This document shows positions 12,301 to 23,913 of a stretch of DNA of 64,000 bases, piece after piece. Below the pieces are notes generated by a model. That model saw only the letters and a list, made by a program, of their open reading frames with translations, had not been told where the DNA came from and did no database searches. Position 1 is the first letter of the stretch. Each line of letters opens with the position of its first letter. The stretch is from Azolla caroliniana (taxonomy: Eukaryota; Plantae; Polypodiophyta), in NCBI GenBank assembly GCA_043228905.1, contig JBHGNT010000009.1, positions 5,766,001-5,830,000 on the forward strand. The letters are read 5' to 3'. Both the position numbers and the translations under genes were made by a program.

Positions 12301-14008
12301 CTCCGGTGTGTATTTGCAGCTGAACTCTCGCCGAATTCCCTTCTGCTGCAAATAACTAGTGAATTGGCCGGAAAAATATTCCTTTCCGCCATCCGACCGA
12401 AGGCATTTGATCTTCCTCTCCGATTCCCGTTCCACCATCTTCTGGAGGCTCCGGAAACAGTCGAAGACTTCGCTCTTCCACTCAATGAGGTAGATCCAAG
12501 TATGCCGAGTATAGTCGTCGATGAAGGAGACGAAGTATCGGCTCCCGCCAAGGCTTACACTTTGTGCCGGTCCCCACACATCCGAATGGATGAGATCGAG
12601 CTTGTTACGGCTCCGGTTCCGTTCGGTGGGGAATGGAAGCCGGTGTTGCTTCCCAAGTTGGCAGGCTTCACAAATTTCGACTCTCCGGCCATTGAACTTC
12701 GGCAAACCGAAAACGACTTGTTTCGTTTGCAGATCTTGAAGCCTCCGGTAGTTGACGTGGCCTATCCGCTTGTGCCACAAGTCGATGTCCGACTCGACCT
12801 TCTGTCGTTTCGCGAACAGAGCGGTGCCAAAGTCATTGGTGTCGAGGATAAACATCCTCCCGTCTCTGCGCCCTTGCGCAATGACTTCGCCCTCATCCTC
12901 AATGAAGCACCCGAGGTGCGTAAACCGCACCTGCATCCCCTGGTCGACAATCTGACCGACAGATTCCAGGTTCTTCGTGATTGTCGGAACGTGTAATACG
13001 TTCATCAGCTTCCCTTTCTGTTCGACGTGGCTTAGAGGGACTTCTCCGACGTGCACAATTGGGTGAGGAGTGTCGTCTCCGGTTTCGACTATTCCTGGTT
13101 GATCCGGTTTCTCCAGAAAGTAGAACCACTCTTTGTGGCTCGTCATGTGGTTCGATGCGCCGGAATCAACATACCACACTTCCTCCGTTTTGGAAGTGGT
13201 CTTCTTCATTGAGTTTGCCTTGTGATTCATCACCAAGGCTGGCCCCTTACCGGCCTTTCCGGTTCCGGATCCTCCTGATCCGTTTGCGTAGTGCGAGTTT
13301 TGCCGGCCATCCTTACCGGTCTTTAGGGTTTCGGTCGCCTCCATTGCGTGCCGACCCACCTCTTCCACCATGCCCACGGAACCGATCTGTTCCCGTGTAC
13401 AGCATTCGGCTGTCCGGGGATGCACTGGTAGATGCACCGGCGTGGTTCTCCTCTATAAGGAGCATCGACTGTAAGTCGAAGAATGAGGGGGTATTCTCCC
13501 TTGTACACACCGTAGTCCAGAACGCTCCGAACTTGGACGCCAGGCCTCCGAGACATACCTGCACCATCTCGTCTTCCTCTACAATAACATTGATAGAGGC
13601 GAGCGAGTCGCAGATCTCCTTTATCCGGCCCGTGTAGTCTGCCACGGACATGTTCTTCTGTCGAACATTGCTCAACTCCTGTCTGAGTTGCAGCTTCCGG
13701 GCAATGGTGCTTGCGGCGAAAACATTTTTCAGGTTCCCCCAAGCATCCTTCGGTGTCTTGGCGTCACGGATGTGGCTGAGCAGCTGATCGCCGACACTGG
13801 ACGCGAAGCAGTACATCACCCTGCTTGCCGCCTGTTCCCATACCGGGAAGTCCTTGTGTGCCGAGTTTGGCGCCGCATCATTCGCTCCTTCGACATAACT
13901 CCAGTACCCGTGTCCAAGCAGGTACTGGTGCATCTTGTAAGACCAGGATGCGTAGTTGCTCCTGTCGAGCTTCTCCACCGGGAGCGACGTAGCCATGCCT
14001 CTATCCAC
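9307..14008 (-). pseudogene. Copia gag-pol with frameshifts and stops
   Basis: KLDRSNYASW (gag), WYVDSGASNHM (PR), LWHKRIGH and HSDVWGP (INT), [23 protein letters not shown] (RT), YTDADWAG and TKHIEVHYHF (RH). Confidence 0.93.
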
Positions 14009-14102
14009 GTCTTCTATTGTGTCTGTTTTTTACCTGTTAGGGTTTTCTTCTCAAGAGTAAATGTCTGCAGCAGAGATTCTCAACCCTCGCGCTCTGATAC
14101 CA

Positions 14103-14522
14103 TGTAAACGTAAGTGTTTGCAGAAGCGTAAAGACAGAGAACAGCACAAAGAGAGAGACACAGACACAGACACAGACACAGAGACAGAGAGAGCAGAACG
14201 CAATTTCAAAATTATATCAAGACTCTGCATACACACTGTGCTAAGTAGCACTATTTATACAAGTCCTCTTGGGACTGACAGAAGTACCATGTACTTCAAT
14301 GCTCACACGAGCATCTAACACTTACTACGAGACTATAGATACCTAGTAGTCTATCCTATTCTAGGCTTCCGATTGGACTGCCGGTTACGGATTGCACCCG
14401 GCCTCCACTACTTGCCGGTTCGGTTGCTCACCGTCATACCGATCCGTTTTGCCCATTCCGTCTCGCTTACCGGCTCCGGCTTATTCAGCCGATCCGGCTC
14501 CGGTTGAGCTTGTTGCTCAACA
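14103..14522 (-). repeat. 5' LTR of Copia family A (420 bp)
   Basis: TG...CA ends, directly followed by the PBS. Confidence 0.85.
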
Positions 14523-15315
14523 TTTATCAACAAGTTGTGGGATGTCTTATATATGCATGCAATACAAGGCCAGATACACAATATGCAGTTTCCCAGTTGA
14601 GTCAATTCAAGCATAGCCCTGGCACTAAGCATTGGCAAGCAGTGAAATGTGTGTTTAGATATCTCAAAGGCACTTTGAGCTTGGGTCTCTTTTATGGGAG
14701 AGATACTCAACCATGCTTGCATGCTTTTACCGATAGTGATTGGGCTGGTTGTTACGATACTCGTGTGTCCACTAGTGGTAATTGTTTTTTCCGAAGGCCA
14801 GACGGAAACACACGAAGCCGACGAAAGCCAAAGCGGATGTCAGACACCTCACACTTGAGCTTGAGGGGGCGTGTTGAGAGATCCAGCTCAACTTAGTTTA
14901 GTTAGTTAGTCAACCATGTAACTTCATAGTTACCTAGATAGAATCTAGTTAGAAGTGTTGACTATAACGTCTTAAAGAGGACCTTGTACTTAAGTGGGAT
15001 ATTCTAGATCCTCCACTCCTAAGTACATTTAATATAGGGCTTACACATTAGTACTTATATTCTACTCACACATGTACACCTTTGCACATGAGATGTATAT
15101 ATACCTCATTGTGGGTATTTTTGTATTTGATGATGATAAAGCTAATTTAATATAATTACTCATCCCCCATCTTGTGTTGTTCATAAGTGTATCTCTGTCT
15201 CTCTCTTCCTCTCACACACATACACACACATATCACTTAATCTTCCACTTATTAATTTAATCACATAATTAGGTACTAATTAACCCATACTTAATTACAT
15301 CCCTAATTCTTAACA
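14523..15315 (+). mobile_element. Copia 3' remnant: RT/RH fragment, PPT and 3' LTR (14872-15315)
   Basis: YQQVVGCLIY..TRPD..AFTDSDWAG, then TTGAGGGGGCG followed by TGTTGAG...TTAACA. Confidence 0.8.
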
Positions 15316-15787
15316 GTTATGTACACATAACATTGGTGAGGGTAGGTCACTAATATTTACATTAGTGAAGGGTATGTTCACTAATGTTAAAAAGGGGACT
15401 AATGATTGGATAGAAGGAATGATAGGTGCATGCACTATCATGATTTGGACAACCAATGAATGGAGTGCCTTTTAGAAAGGCACATCTGTTCAAGGGGCCT
15501 AGGAAAAGGTATAAATATGAGGCTTAGCTACCCTCATAAGGACATTACGTCGGAAGGTTGTTGTCTTAGACACCGGTGGTGTGGGCTAGGCTTTCGTCTC
15601 GACAATCGTGTTTATCTCTTCCAAGGTATTAGTCATCCTAATATCCGGCGGTATGGGACATCGGTGGTAGGTTGGCTATGTCTAGATCATAGCTCGGGGG
15701 TGGTCGGGTGGAACGGGTTCTTCTATCCAATCTATTTTCCTTCTTTTAATTTACTTTGGTCTATTGATTAGTAATAGACTCTTAACA
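15316..15787 (+). repeat. LTR of the chromovirus-type Gypsy family (inverted copy of 29171-29643)
   Basis: Reverse-complement match along ~470 bp. Both copies carry the same 103-aa ORF. Ends CTTAACA. Confidence 0.9.
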
Positions 15788-16572
15788 TTCGCAACCTGAT
15801 ATCTTTTATGTAGCTAAGCATCTGGTCACTGACACAAGACGCGACGCAGTACACGACTGAACTTGCTGCTTGCTCCTAAGCTAGGAAGTCTCTGTGTGAC
15901 GGCTCCAATGCTACATCATTCGCTCCTTCCACATAACCCTAGTATTTGTGACCGAGACGATATTGGTGCATCTTGTAAGACTGGGATGCATAGTTGCTCC
16001 GATTGAGCTTATCCGTCGGAAGTGAGCTTCCCATACCTCTATCCATGTTCCTATCTTTTCTTTTCTAGAAAACGAAAGCTTGTCACTGTCTTGTTCGCTT
16101 TGCCGGCAATAGAATACATGTGGAAGAATATGCGAAAGACACAGAGTACAACCGGTTATTCAAAATGCAACAGTTAGGTAAACACAGAGTAGCGGTGAGA
16201 GAGAGAGAGACTGAGTAGAGCAGACAACAATAACTTTCTATTAATAAAGACTTAGTACAATAAATGTGCTTAGATAGAAGTTTATATACAAGCCCTAACG
16301 CGTGGCTGACACCAGTACTGACAAGTACTTGAATGCTCATTGACTGAGCCTGACACTAACTCTGTCTATAATATTCCTATTTACTGAAATAGGAATATAG
16401 GCCCCTAACGACCTATCGGATTTCATCCGACTCGGTCATCCGATTTGGCCTAGCTATTGATTCAGCTTTCAGCTTATTCAGCCGATTTGGGCCTAGCCGA
16501 TCGGTCTCCAACCGATCTAGCTCTCAGCTTCTTCAGCCGATTTGGCCCATGTTGAGGTTGCTCACTCAAAAG
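15788..16572 (-). mobile_element. 5' LTR and gag N-terminus of a degenerate Copia family A copy
   Basis: Minus-strand translation MDRGMGSSLPTDKLNRSNYAS..YKMHQY..SDQMLSYIKD matches the gag at 14008. LTR-like sequence at ~16110-16572. Confidence 0.8.
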
Positions 16573-17445
16573 CTCAATTAATGAGCATTCAAGTACTTGT
16601 TAGTACTTGAGTTAGCCCATCCCATGTTAGAGGCTTGTATAAAAAATGCTCTGTGAGCACCGTTGTAAGTACAGAGTTATTTTTTGTAATAAAGATTATT
16701 GGCTGCTCACTCTATCTCTCCCACTCTACCTCTATGTTTACCTGACTGTTTTGTTTTCGGATAACCGATTGTGTACTCCATGTTTCTCATAATGCTTCTG
16801 CACATATCTCTTTTTATGGTATTAGAGTGTGAGGTTTGAGAATCCTCTGCAACCGACAAGAAAAGCGAAAGATGACACATAGAAGAACTTTTTTCCTCCA
16901 GACAACACGAACATGGACAGAGCTATGAGTAGTTCACTTCCAATGGAAAAACTCGACCGAAGAAACTACGCATCTTGGTTGTACAAGATGCACCAATATT
17001 TGCTTTGGCACGGATACTGGGTTACGCCAAAGGAGCAAACGATGCAAGCCCTGATTCAACACATAGAGACTTTCCAATTTGGGAGAAGGCGGCGAGCAGG
17101 GTGATGTACTGCTTCATGTCTTGTGTGAGCGACCAACTTTTGAGCTACATCTAGGACACAAAGACACCAAAAGAAGTGTGGGAAAATCTCAAATGGATTT
17201 TCGTAGCCACCACAACGGTCAGGAAGCTGCAGCTTAAAAAAGGAGCTTAATAATGTTTGGCAGAAAGATATGTCTGTGGCCAATTATATTGAACGAATCA
17301 AGGAGATATGTGACTCCCTCACCTCCGTCAACGTGCCCATCGAGGAGGACGAAATGTTTTAGGTCTACCTCGGCGGGCTAGCTTCTAAGTTTGGATCATT
17401 CTGAATAGCGTTCTACACTAGTGAGAATACACGGTCTTTCTTTGA
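16573..17445 (+). mobile_element. Partial LTR, PBS and degenerate gag of another Copia family A copy
   Basis: TGGTATTAGAG PBS-like site at ~16817. MDRAMSSSLPMEKLDRRNYASW at 16913. Confidence 0.8.
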
Positions 17446-17716
17446 TGTTGATCTACCGACTGCCAACTGTTGTAACCGACAGTCAAAATAGGTCGAATGT
17501 CAAGATGATTGTAGTAGGGAATTAGATTGTTCAATACCAGTCCTATGCTCAGAGACTGATACACAAAGAATACCTATTATGGGTAATATGCATTGATGAT
17601 TGACTATTCGTTGTAATAGAATTAGGTAGCAGATATTGTATCGGTAGTTCAACACAGACACAGTTAGAAGATACAACACAATGTAGTCGACACATTCGAT
17701 ATACTAAACTACAAAC

Positions 17717-19947
17717 TGTTAGGAAACAGGTCCCTCCGGATGGGAAGTGAGAAGAACAGTCCGTATGAGCAAACTCGGCCGAGGCCTATCGGATGACAAG
17801 ACCCCGGCAAGAGCCGGATGGTGAAGACCCGGTGGGAACCGGATGTGGACTACCCGGCTACGGAAGATCCCGGTGAGAACTGGATTACGAGTACCCGGCA
17901 AGATCCGGATGATGTAGGCCCGGTGAGGAGTGCTCACCGGATGAAGGCCCATATCCGTAAATATGTCTTCTGAGAGTCCATCGTGGCTATATTTGTAAAT
18001 AGCCGAAAAGTCATATTAGTATAAATATGACTTAGGGAAAACTTATTAGTTGTGGTTGTCATTCTTGTTTGTGCAAGATTATAGCGTGTAACTGTGTACA
18101 GAGAGAGTCACAGAGAGAGCAAGAGGTCGTTGCCTCTATTGTAACCGCCGCCTGTGGCGAAGATAGCAACCTCGAGGTCGTGGCCTTGGTGCTTTCTTAT
18201 TGTATATTCTGATATAGTGATAGTTTGCGGTTTGTGGGCTGCCGTGGTTTTTTCCCGAGTTTGGGTTTTTCCATGTTAACATCCTGTGTACTCTTCTCTT
18301 CTCTGTGTCGTGCATTTCATTCCCTGTTTTTTGTGTTTTATTCTAAGCTTGGTTGTGGCCGAGGACTGTTCATCTGTGCGAACAGTTCCTGTCAAATTGG
18401 TATCAGAGCGAAACGACACAGAATATGGACGATTCGTTGGGAGGCATGTTCAAGCTCACCGGCTCCAACTATTCGGTGTGGAAGTCGAAGATGAGGGACA
18501 TGCTCGTGGTTAAAGATCTTTGGCTGCCGGTTCAGTTCAGGGACAAGAGACCGGACAAAATCGACGCCACGATATGGGAGGTGATGCACATGAAGACAAC
18601 GGCGTACATACGGTGCTTCATCGACATGAGCCTATACAACAACTTCAATGAAGAGAGCAAGGCTCATGAGCTCTGGGAGAAGATCGGCATTATGTTTCAA
18701 AACAAAAATGTTGTTAATATGGTTTCAGTATTCCGGAAGCTAGTAAGACTCCAGTACCAAGATGGCTCCAGCATGGCGGAGCACATGAATGCCTTCCAGG
18801 GGCTGATCCACCAGGCAACATCATTGGAGGTACCTCTCGCCGATGAGGTACTAGCACTACTCCTGCTCAGTTCCCTCCCAGATAGCTGGGAGACGTTGGT
18901 TGTCACCTTGGGCAACGCCGGGCCGAAAGGGAAAATGTTATCCCTAGCAAGAGTGAAGTCGAGCTTGCTAGATGAGGAGGCGCGTCGGAAAGATAAGGAT
19001 ACGAGCTCCGACTCCAAAGCACTCCTTACCGAATCGGAACGCGAAAGACAAAGGAACCGGAGTCCCCAAAACCGGGAAAAGTCGGGGACACGTTCAAAGT
19101 CAACGGGGAGGCCTACTTGCTTCTATTGCGGCAAGCCGGGACACTTCCAAAAGAATTGTCGGCATTTCGGAAAAGACAAGGAATCCGATGGCACCGATTC
19201 GAAGCGAACCCCGGACCGGAACGATAAAGACCGGAGGGGAACGGACCGGAAGGGAACAACGACAATCGCGGCAACTGAAGAAGAGTTGATGCTCATCACC
19301 GAGGAGAGTGAGATAAACCTTGCTGGCGACAAGATGACCTGGGTAGTCGACTCCGGAGCATCGTTCCACCTTACCCCGGACCGTAAATACTTCTCATCCT
19401 ACACAGTCGGTGATCATGGTTGTGTCCGGATGGGGAATGAAGGTACATGCCGAATTGTCGGTATATGAGACGTGTGGTTGACAATACCAACCGGATGCAA
19501 GCTGCTACTGAAGGATGTCCGACACGTTCCGGAGGTTCGTCTGAACGTGATATTAGCCGGTCGGCTAGACGATGAAGGCTACGCGGGTAGCATCCGGAAC
19601 GGTGTTATGAAGTTTAGCAAAGGGAGCCTTATTGTGGCTCGGGCCCGGAAGGTAAACACGTTGTACCTGATGAATGCCCGGTTATGTCCGGAGGAAGTGA
19701 ACGTTGCATCCGACACTGCCGGTGAGTTGTGGCACAAGAGGTTGTGTCACATGAGCGAGAAGGGGATGAAGAGGCTTGCAGACGACAACCTCATTCCAAT
19801 GAAGAACGTGCACTTGGAGAAGTGCACTGATTGTCTGGCCGGTAAACAAAATCGGACCTCCTTCCGATCAAGGCCACCGATGAGACGTAATGCACCACTA
19901 GAGTTGGTGCATACTGACGTGTGTCAAGTGGACACGAAGTCACATGC
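17717..19947 (+). mobile_element. Copia family B, 5' part: LTR 17717-18394, PBS 18398-18409, gag-PR-start of INT; truncated
   Basis: TGTTAGG...TGTCA, TGGTATCAGAGC, KLTGSNYSVW, CFYCGKPGHFQKNC, VVDSGASFH, LWHKRLCH, HTDVC. Near-identical to the element at 39274-44932 up to ...KSHA. Confidence 0.9.
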
Positions 19948-22900
19948 AAGACGGAGGCCGCAAGCCGAGACTGAGAAGACGGACTTGCCCCACGCAACGG
20001 CGGAAGATCGGTACCACGGTACCACGGGAGAGGGTGCGGAACGAAACGCCCTCTCGATTTGCGAAGAAAGAACGGCCAAGGACGAGGCCGAGATACAGAT
20101 CGCAGAACCGGAACGATGGGACCAGCGGTTTCGGGCGTGTCAGCCCGAGATCCCGGTCATGGGAGAAGCAAGCCCAGAGAGGGCTTGTGTTGGGAGACAG
20201 GTCCCTCTGGATGGGAAGGGAGAAGAACAGTGCCGATGAACAAACTCGGCCGAGGCCGATAGGCCTCGGCCGAAACCGTATGAGGAGTACTCGGCTACAG
20301 AGAGCCGGATGACGCAGACCCGGTACGAACCGGAGGAAGAGACATATTCGTAAATATGTTTCTGAGAGCCCATCGAGGCTACATTTGTAAATAGCCGAAA
20401 AGTCATATTAGTATAAATATGACATAGGGCAAAATTTTAGTTGTTGTTGTCATTTTTCTTTGTTGGTGCAAGAAGAAGAGAGAGCACGTAATAGTGTACA
20501 GAGAGAGAGAGAGAGAAAGAGGTCGTTGCCTCTGTTGTAACCGCCACGTGTGGCGAAGATCTGTGAGCACGAGGTCGTTGCCTCAGTGAACTCACTGTTG
20601 TACATTCTCACATAGTGACAGTTTGCAGCCTGTGGGCTGCCGTTATTTTTCCCTCTTTGGGTTTTCCACGTAAACCTCCTGTGTATCTTCCTCTCCTTTG
20701 TGTCGTGTTTTATTTCCCGTTTTCTGTGTATCATTCTACGCTTGGTTGTGGCCGAGCGTCGCGCATAAGGAACGTCAGGTTCCTGTCAGCTTGCGCGATC
20801 GGTAAGAAGACGACCGCCGACCACGGAGAGTCGGTGGCTACGGACAAGGGCGTAAAACGGACGGGCGATTCTTTGTGTCTTCCCACACTTGCTCCCGGGA
20901 CGATGGCAGTCGGGCCCGAGTGCCCACGTGAGTCCCAAGCGGAGGAAGGCGGCGGCGAAAGGCCAAGAATCACCGGCGAGACAATACGGGGAAGGAACGG
21001 ACGAAAGCCCACGGACCCGATTCCGGAAAACTCGGCATTCGGGCCCGTATGCCCATGTAAGACCGAGGAGATGGATGGCGGTACCGAGGAGTCCTGGCAC
21101 GATGCCAACGAAGATTGATGGGAAACAGCCTGTGAGGAGGCCGACGACGGACGCGGCACGATGAGATCGGCATTCCGATACGGGTGGAGCATGATCCGGT
21201 CGTGGATTGTTCGATCGGGGCCGGATTCGGCATGAAAGTGCCGAAACGGAAGAGGGTGCAGGACGAGCCGCCCTCTTTTACATGGGGAGAAAGACCGACC
21301 GGGCAAAGGTCGAGATTTGGAAGGAGAATGAAAGCCGGTCCTATGGGATTCCTTACACCGATCCGGCTGCAGGCCCGAGTGCCGGCGTGAGTCCGACAAG
21401 AGAGGCGGTGGCGACAGGAGAACGGGACTTGGCAATCCGGAGAAAGACAAACGAACCCGAGCGAGAACCGGGCGGAGCAGACTCCCGGATGACCATTCCG
21501 GGAGGGAGGAAGAGAGCTGGCCTACGAAGAGGCCGAGGACACGGTACGTCGGTACCACGGGAGTGGGTGCGGAACAAAACGCCCTCTCGGCATGCGGAAA
21601 GGGACGACCCAGGACAGGGTCGGGATTACAAATCGGAGGCCCACGGAGGATCCTTCACACCAGTTCTAGAGACTTCGGCAGTCGGCAACGCGGTCAACGT
21701 AAGACCAAGATACTGACGGTGGCGGCGAGGTGACGAAGGCAAAGGGGCTACGGATGGGCGGTCTACGGAGGATCCTTCACACCGGTTCTAGAGACTTCGG
21801 CAGTCGGCAACGCGGTCGACGTAAGACCAAGATACTGACGGTGGCGGCGAGGTGGGTGTAAGGAAGTCCAGTCCTACGGGATCCCCACACTTAACCAAAG
21901 ACTCCGGCAGTTCGGCCAACGTGGCAACATGAGACCGAGAGAGAAGGTTGGTGGCAGCGGGAAACGGGACCCGACTACGCGGAAGACACGAGGAGAGTCC
22001 GGGAGGGACTCAAACAAAAGACACCCGAATTTCGGCAAGCATAGAAACGGAGTCCGGTCCTATGGGACCCTCACACCGATCCGGAGACCCCGGCAGTTCG
22101 GCCAACGTGGCAACGTGAGACCGATCGAGAAGGACGGTGGCGGCAGGGAACGAGACCCGACGACACGAGGTTTCGGAAGGAGCCGGTAGGGGCAAGCACG
22201 GGGAGGTGAGTCATGCTAGAAAGGCACACCTGGGACAGAACAAGGGTCTCGCAAGTGGCCATCGCGGGCCGGATCGAAGTGTGACTACGGGACGGTGTTC
22301 GGCGCGGGCGGGGCCGAACGAAGGAAGCGGAAGACGGCACAAGGGAGGTGCCGGGAACGAGGTGACAAGTGCCTAGTGGACTGCACAGGGTAGGGGTCAG
22401 GGGATGGCAAGAGAGGCCGAAGGAGGATCCTCCACACTTGCTTCGTAGATCTCGGTAGCTCCGTCGAAGTAGCGAAGACTGACACGGCAAGCCGGGATGA
22501 CAAGCTAGTGGGGGCGAGGGGACGACGGCAAACGGAAGACTCAGGACCTGTTGCAGCAGCACGAAGACGGGAAGGTGCAGCAGCACGAAGACGGGAAGGG
22601 CCATGCGGGCTACTACGGGGTGTTCCTCGGATGCAAAGGACACCAGTATGCGGGGAGTGGTGATCCACGATCTGGCCAGAAAAGGGGCCGACAAGGCGTG
22701 CAATGAATCGGAGTACGATACATGCAGTGCCAAACAACGGACGAGGGTATGTGGCACACGAAGGTGCCGGAGCGGGAAGGCAAGCGCGGAGAAGACCGAA
22801 AGGGGATCCTTCACACCATTCCGGAGACCATGGCGGTTCGAGCTGACGCGGCGATGTAAGACCATGGAGAAGGAAGGTGGCGGCGAGAGGACAAGGGCAT

Positions 22901-23913
22901 ACGACGGGAGCGGGGCATTCATACGGCCGAACAAGGGCCAGTGGAAGTGCACGTACTACAGAGATCGCGGCGGAGGACCGATCGACGGGTCGAACGAGCC
23001 TACAGGGAGATAAGCGCGAAGGAAGAATCGAAGCCGACGGATCAAACCGGCAGCGAACCGGGATGCGGATCACGGAAGACCGGTTTCTCACCGGCCGAAA
23101 TCTCTCACCCTTCAACTGGACTTGGCACATACCGGTGGATGTGTGGTTAGGTGGGGGCGGATGTCGTGAAGAATTTCGGCCAGAGGCGGAAACCGGGAAC
23201 ATTGGCTACATCGGCGGGGTGCAACGTGTGTACGCACCCATCTACATTTAGTGTCAATATCGAGGGCGCCTTTATGGCGTCGAAGAATAGTCAAGTCGGG
23301 ACAGACGATCCCATGTAAGTCGAGATTTATCCCACATTGTAACGCATCCCTGTCCTTGCTCTATAAAAGGAAGGGAACACCCTTTGTGGAAGGGTTGCCC
23401 ATTTTGCATTAGAGGGTATACCGTTAGGTTTAGAGTTAGTTTCTTCTTCTTCTCCCCCTTCGTGTTCGCTTAGGGTTTGCTGCAGCTCATCTCCTGTGCA
23501 AGACCCCGCTCGGCGCGACGAGCCCGTGAGCTCCCCGACCGGCGGCTTGGCAGTTGAAGACTACTGTAACCTACCTTGGTCCGGCTCGACGCCGGGAATG
23601 TATTCTTCTTTTATATACATATATACGTTGCGTCTGTCTGTGTATATTCGCGTCTCTGTTGGTGTCAGGTGCTTCCCCTTTCCTGCGTTTCTTGTACATA
23701 AGGGTGTGAGTCGGGTCGGCTTGTGTGTGTGTGTGCGTGTGTGTGCGTGAGTCGGTGTTAAGCGCGCGCTCCCTCTCTCTCTCTCTCTCCCTTCGATCGC
23801 TTCCGATGTGTTCTGGGATGCCCCAGAAACAGTGAAGCACGACTTCCTACGCTCCATCACTCCCTAGTCCAAGACCCTCGTGGTCCCGCCTTTCTCCACG
23901 CATGCGCGTAACA
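19948..23913 (+). mobile_element. Large GC-rich, 5'-truncated LTR-like block with internal repeat modules
   Basis: No retroelement protein motifs. Repeated GGATCCTTCACACC-type modules, TATAAAAGG at ~23362, GT/CT microsatellites, and a TAACA end at 23913 exactly where the Gypsy integrase resumes. Confidence 0.6.
20188..20788 (+). mobile_element. Solo LTR, Copia family B
   Basis: TGTTGGGAGACAGG...CCTGTCA flanked by TSD GCTTG (20183-20187 and 20789-20793). Confidence 0.92.

Larger units (their letters stand above)
9295..14522 (-). mobile_element. Ty1/Copia element (family A); 5' LTR and internal region present, 3' LTR not seen
   Basis: LTR TGTTGAG...TTTACA at 14522-14103, PBS TGGTATCAGAGC (tRNA-iMet) at 14102-14091, then gag-PR-INT-RT-RH order. 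Confidence 0.92.

Noticed and set aside
15460-15771. 103-aa ORF repeated at 29187-29498
   Set aside because: Both lie in copies of the same LTR. Retention over modest divergence is expected by chance, and no motif is evident.
17446-17716. Possible additional LTR fragment
   Set aside because: It starts with TGTTG, but no second copy, PBS or TSD supports it.
20615-23251. Several 170-305 aa ORFs
   Set aside because: They overlap on both strands in GC-rich repetitive DNA, have low-complexity R/G/S/P composition and show no domains.
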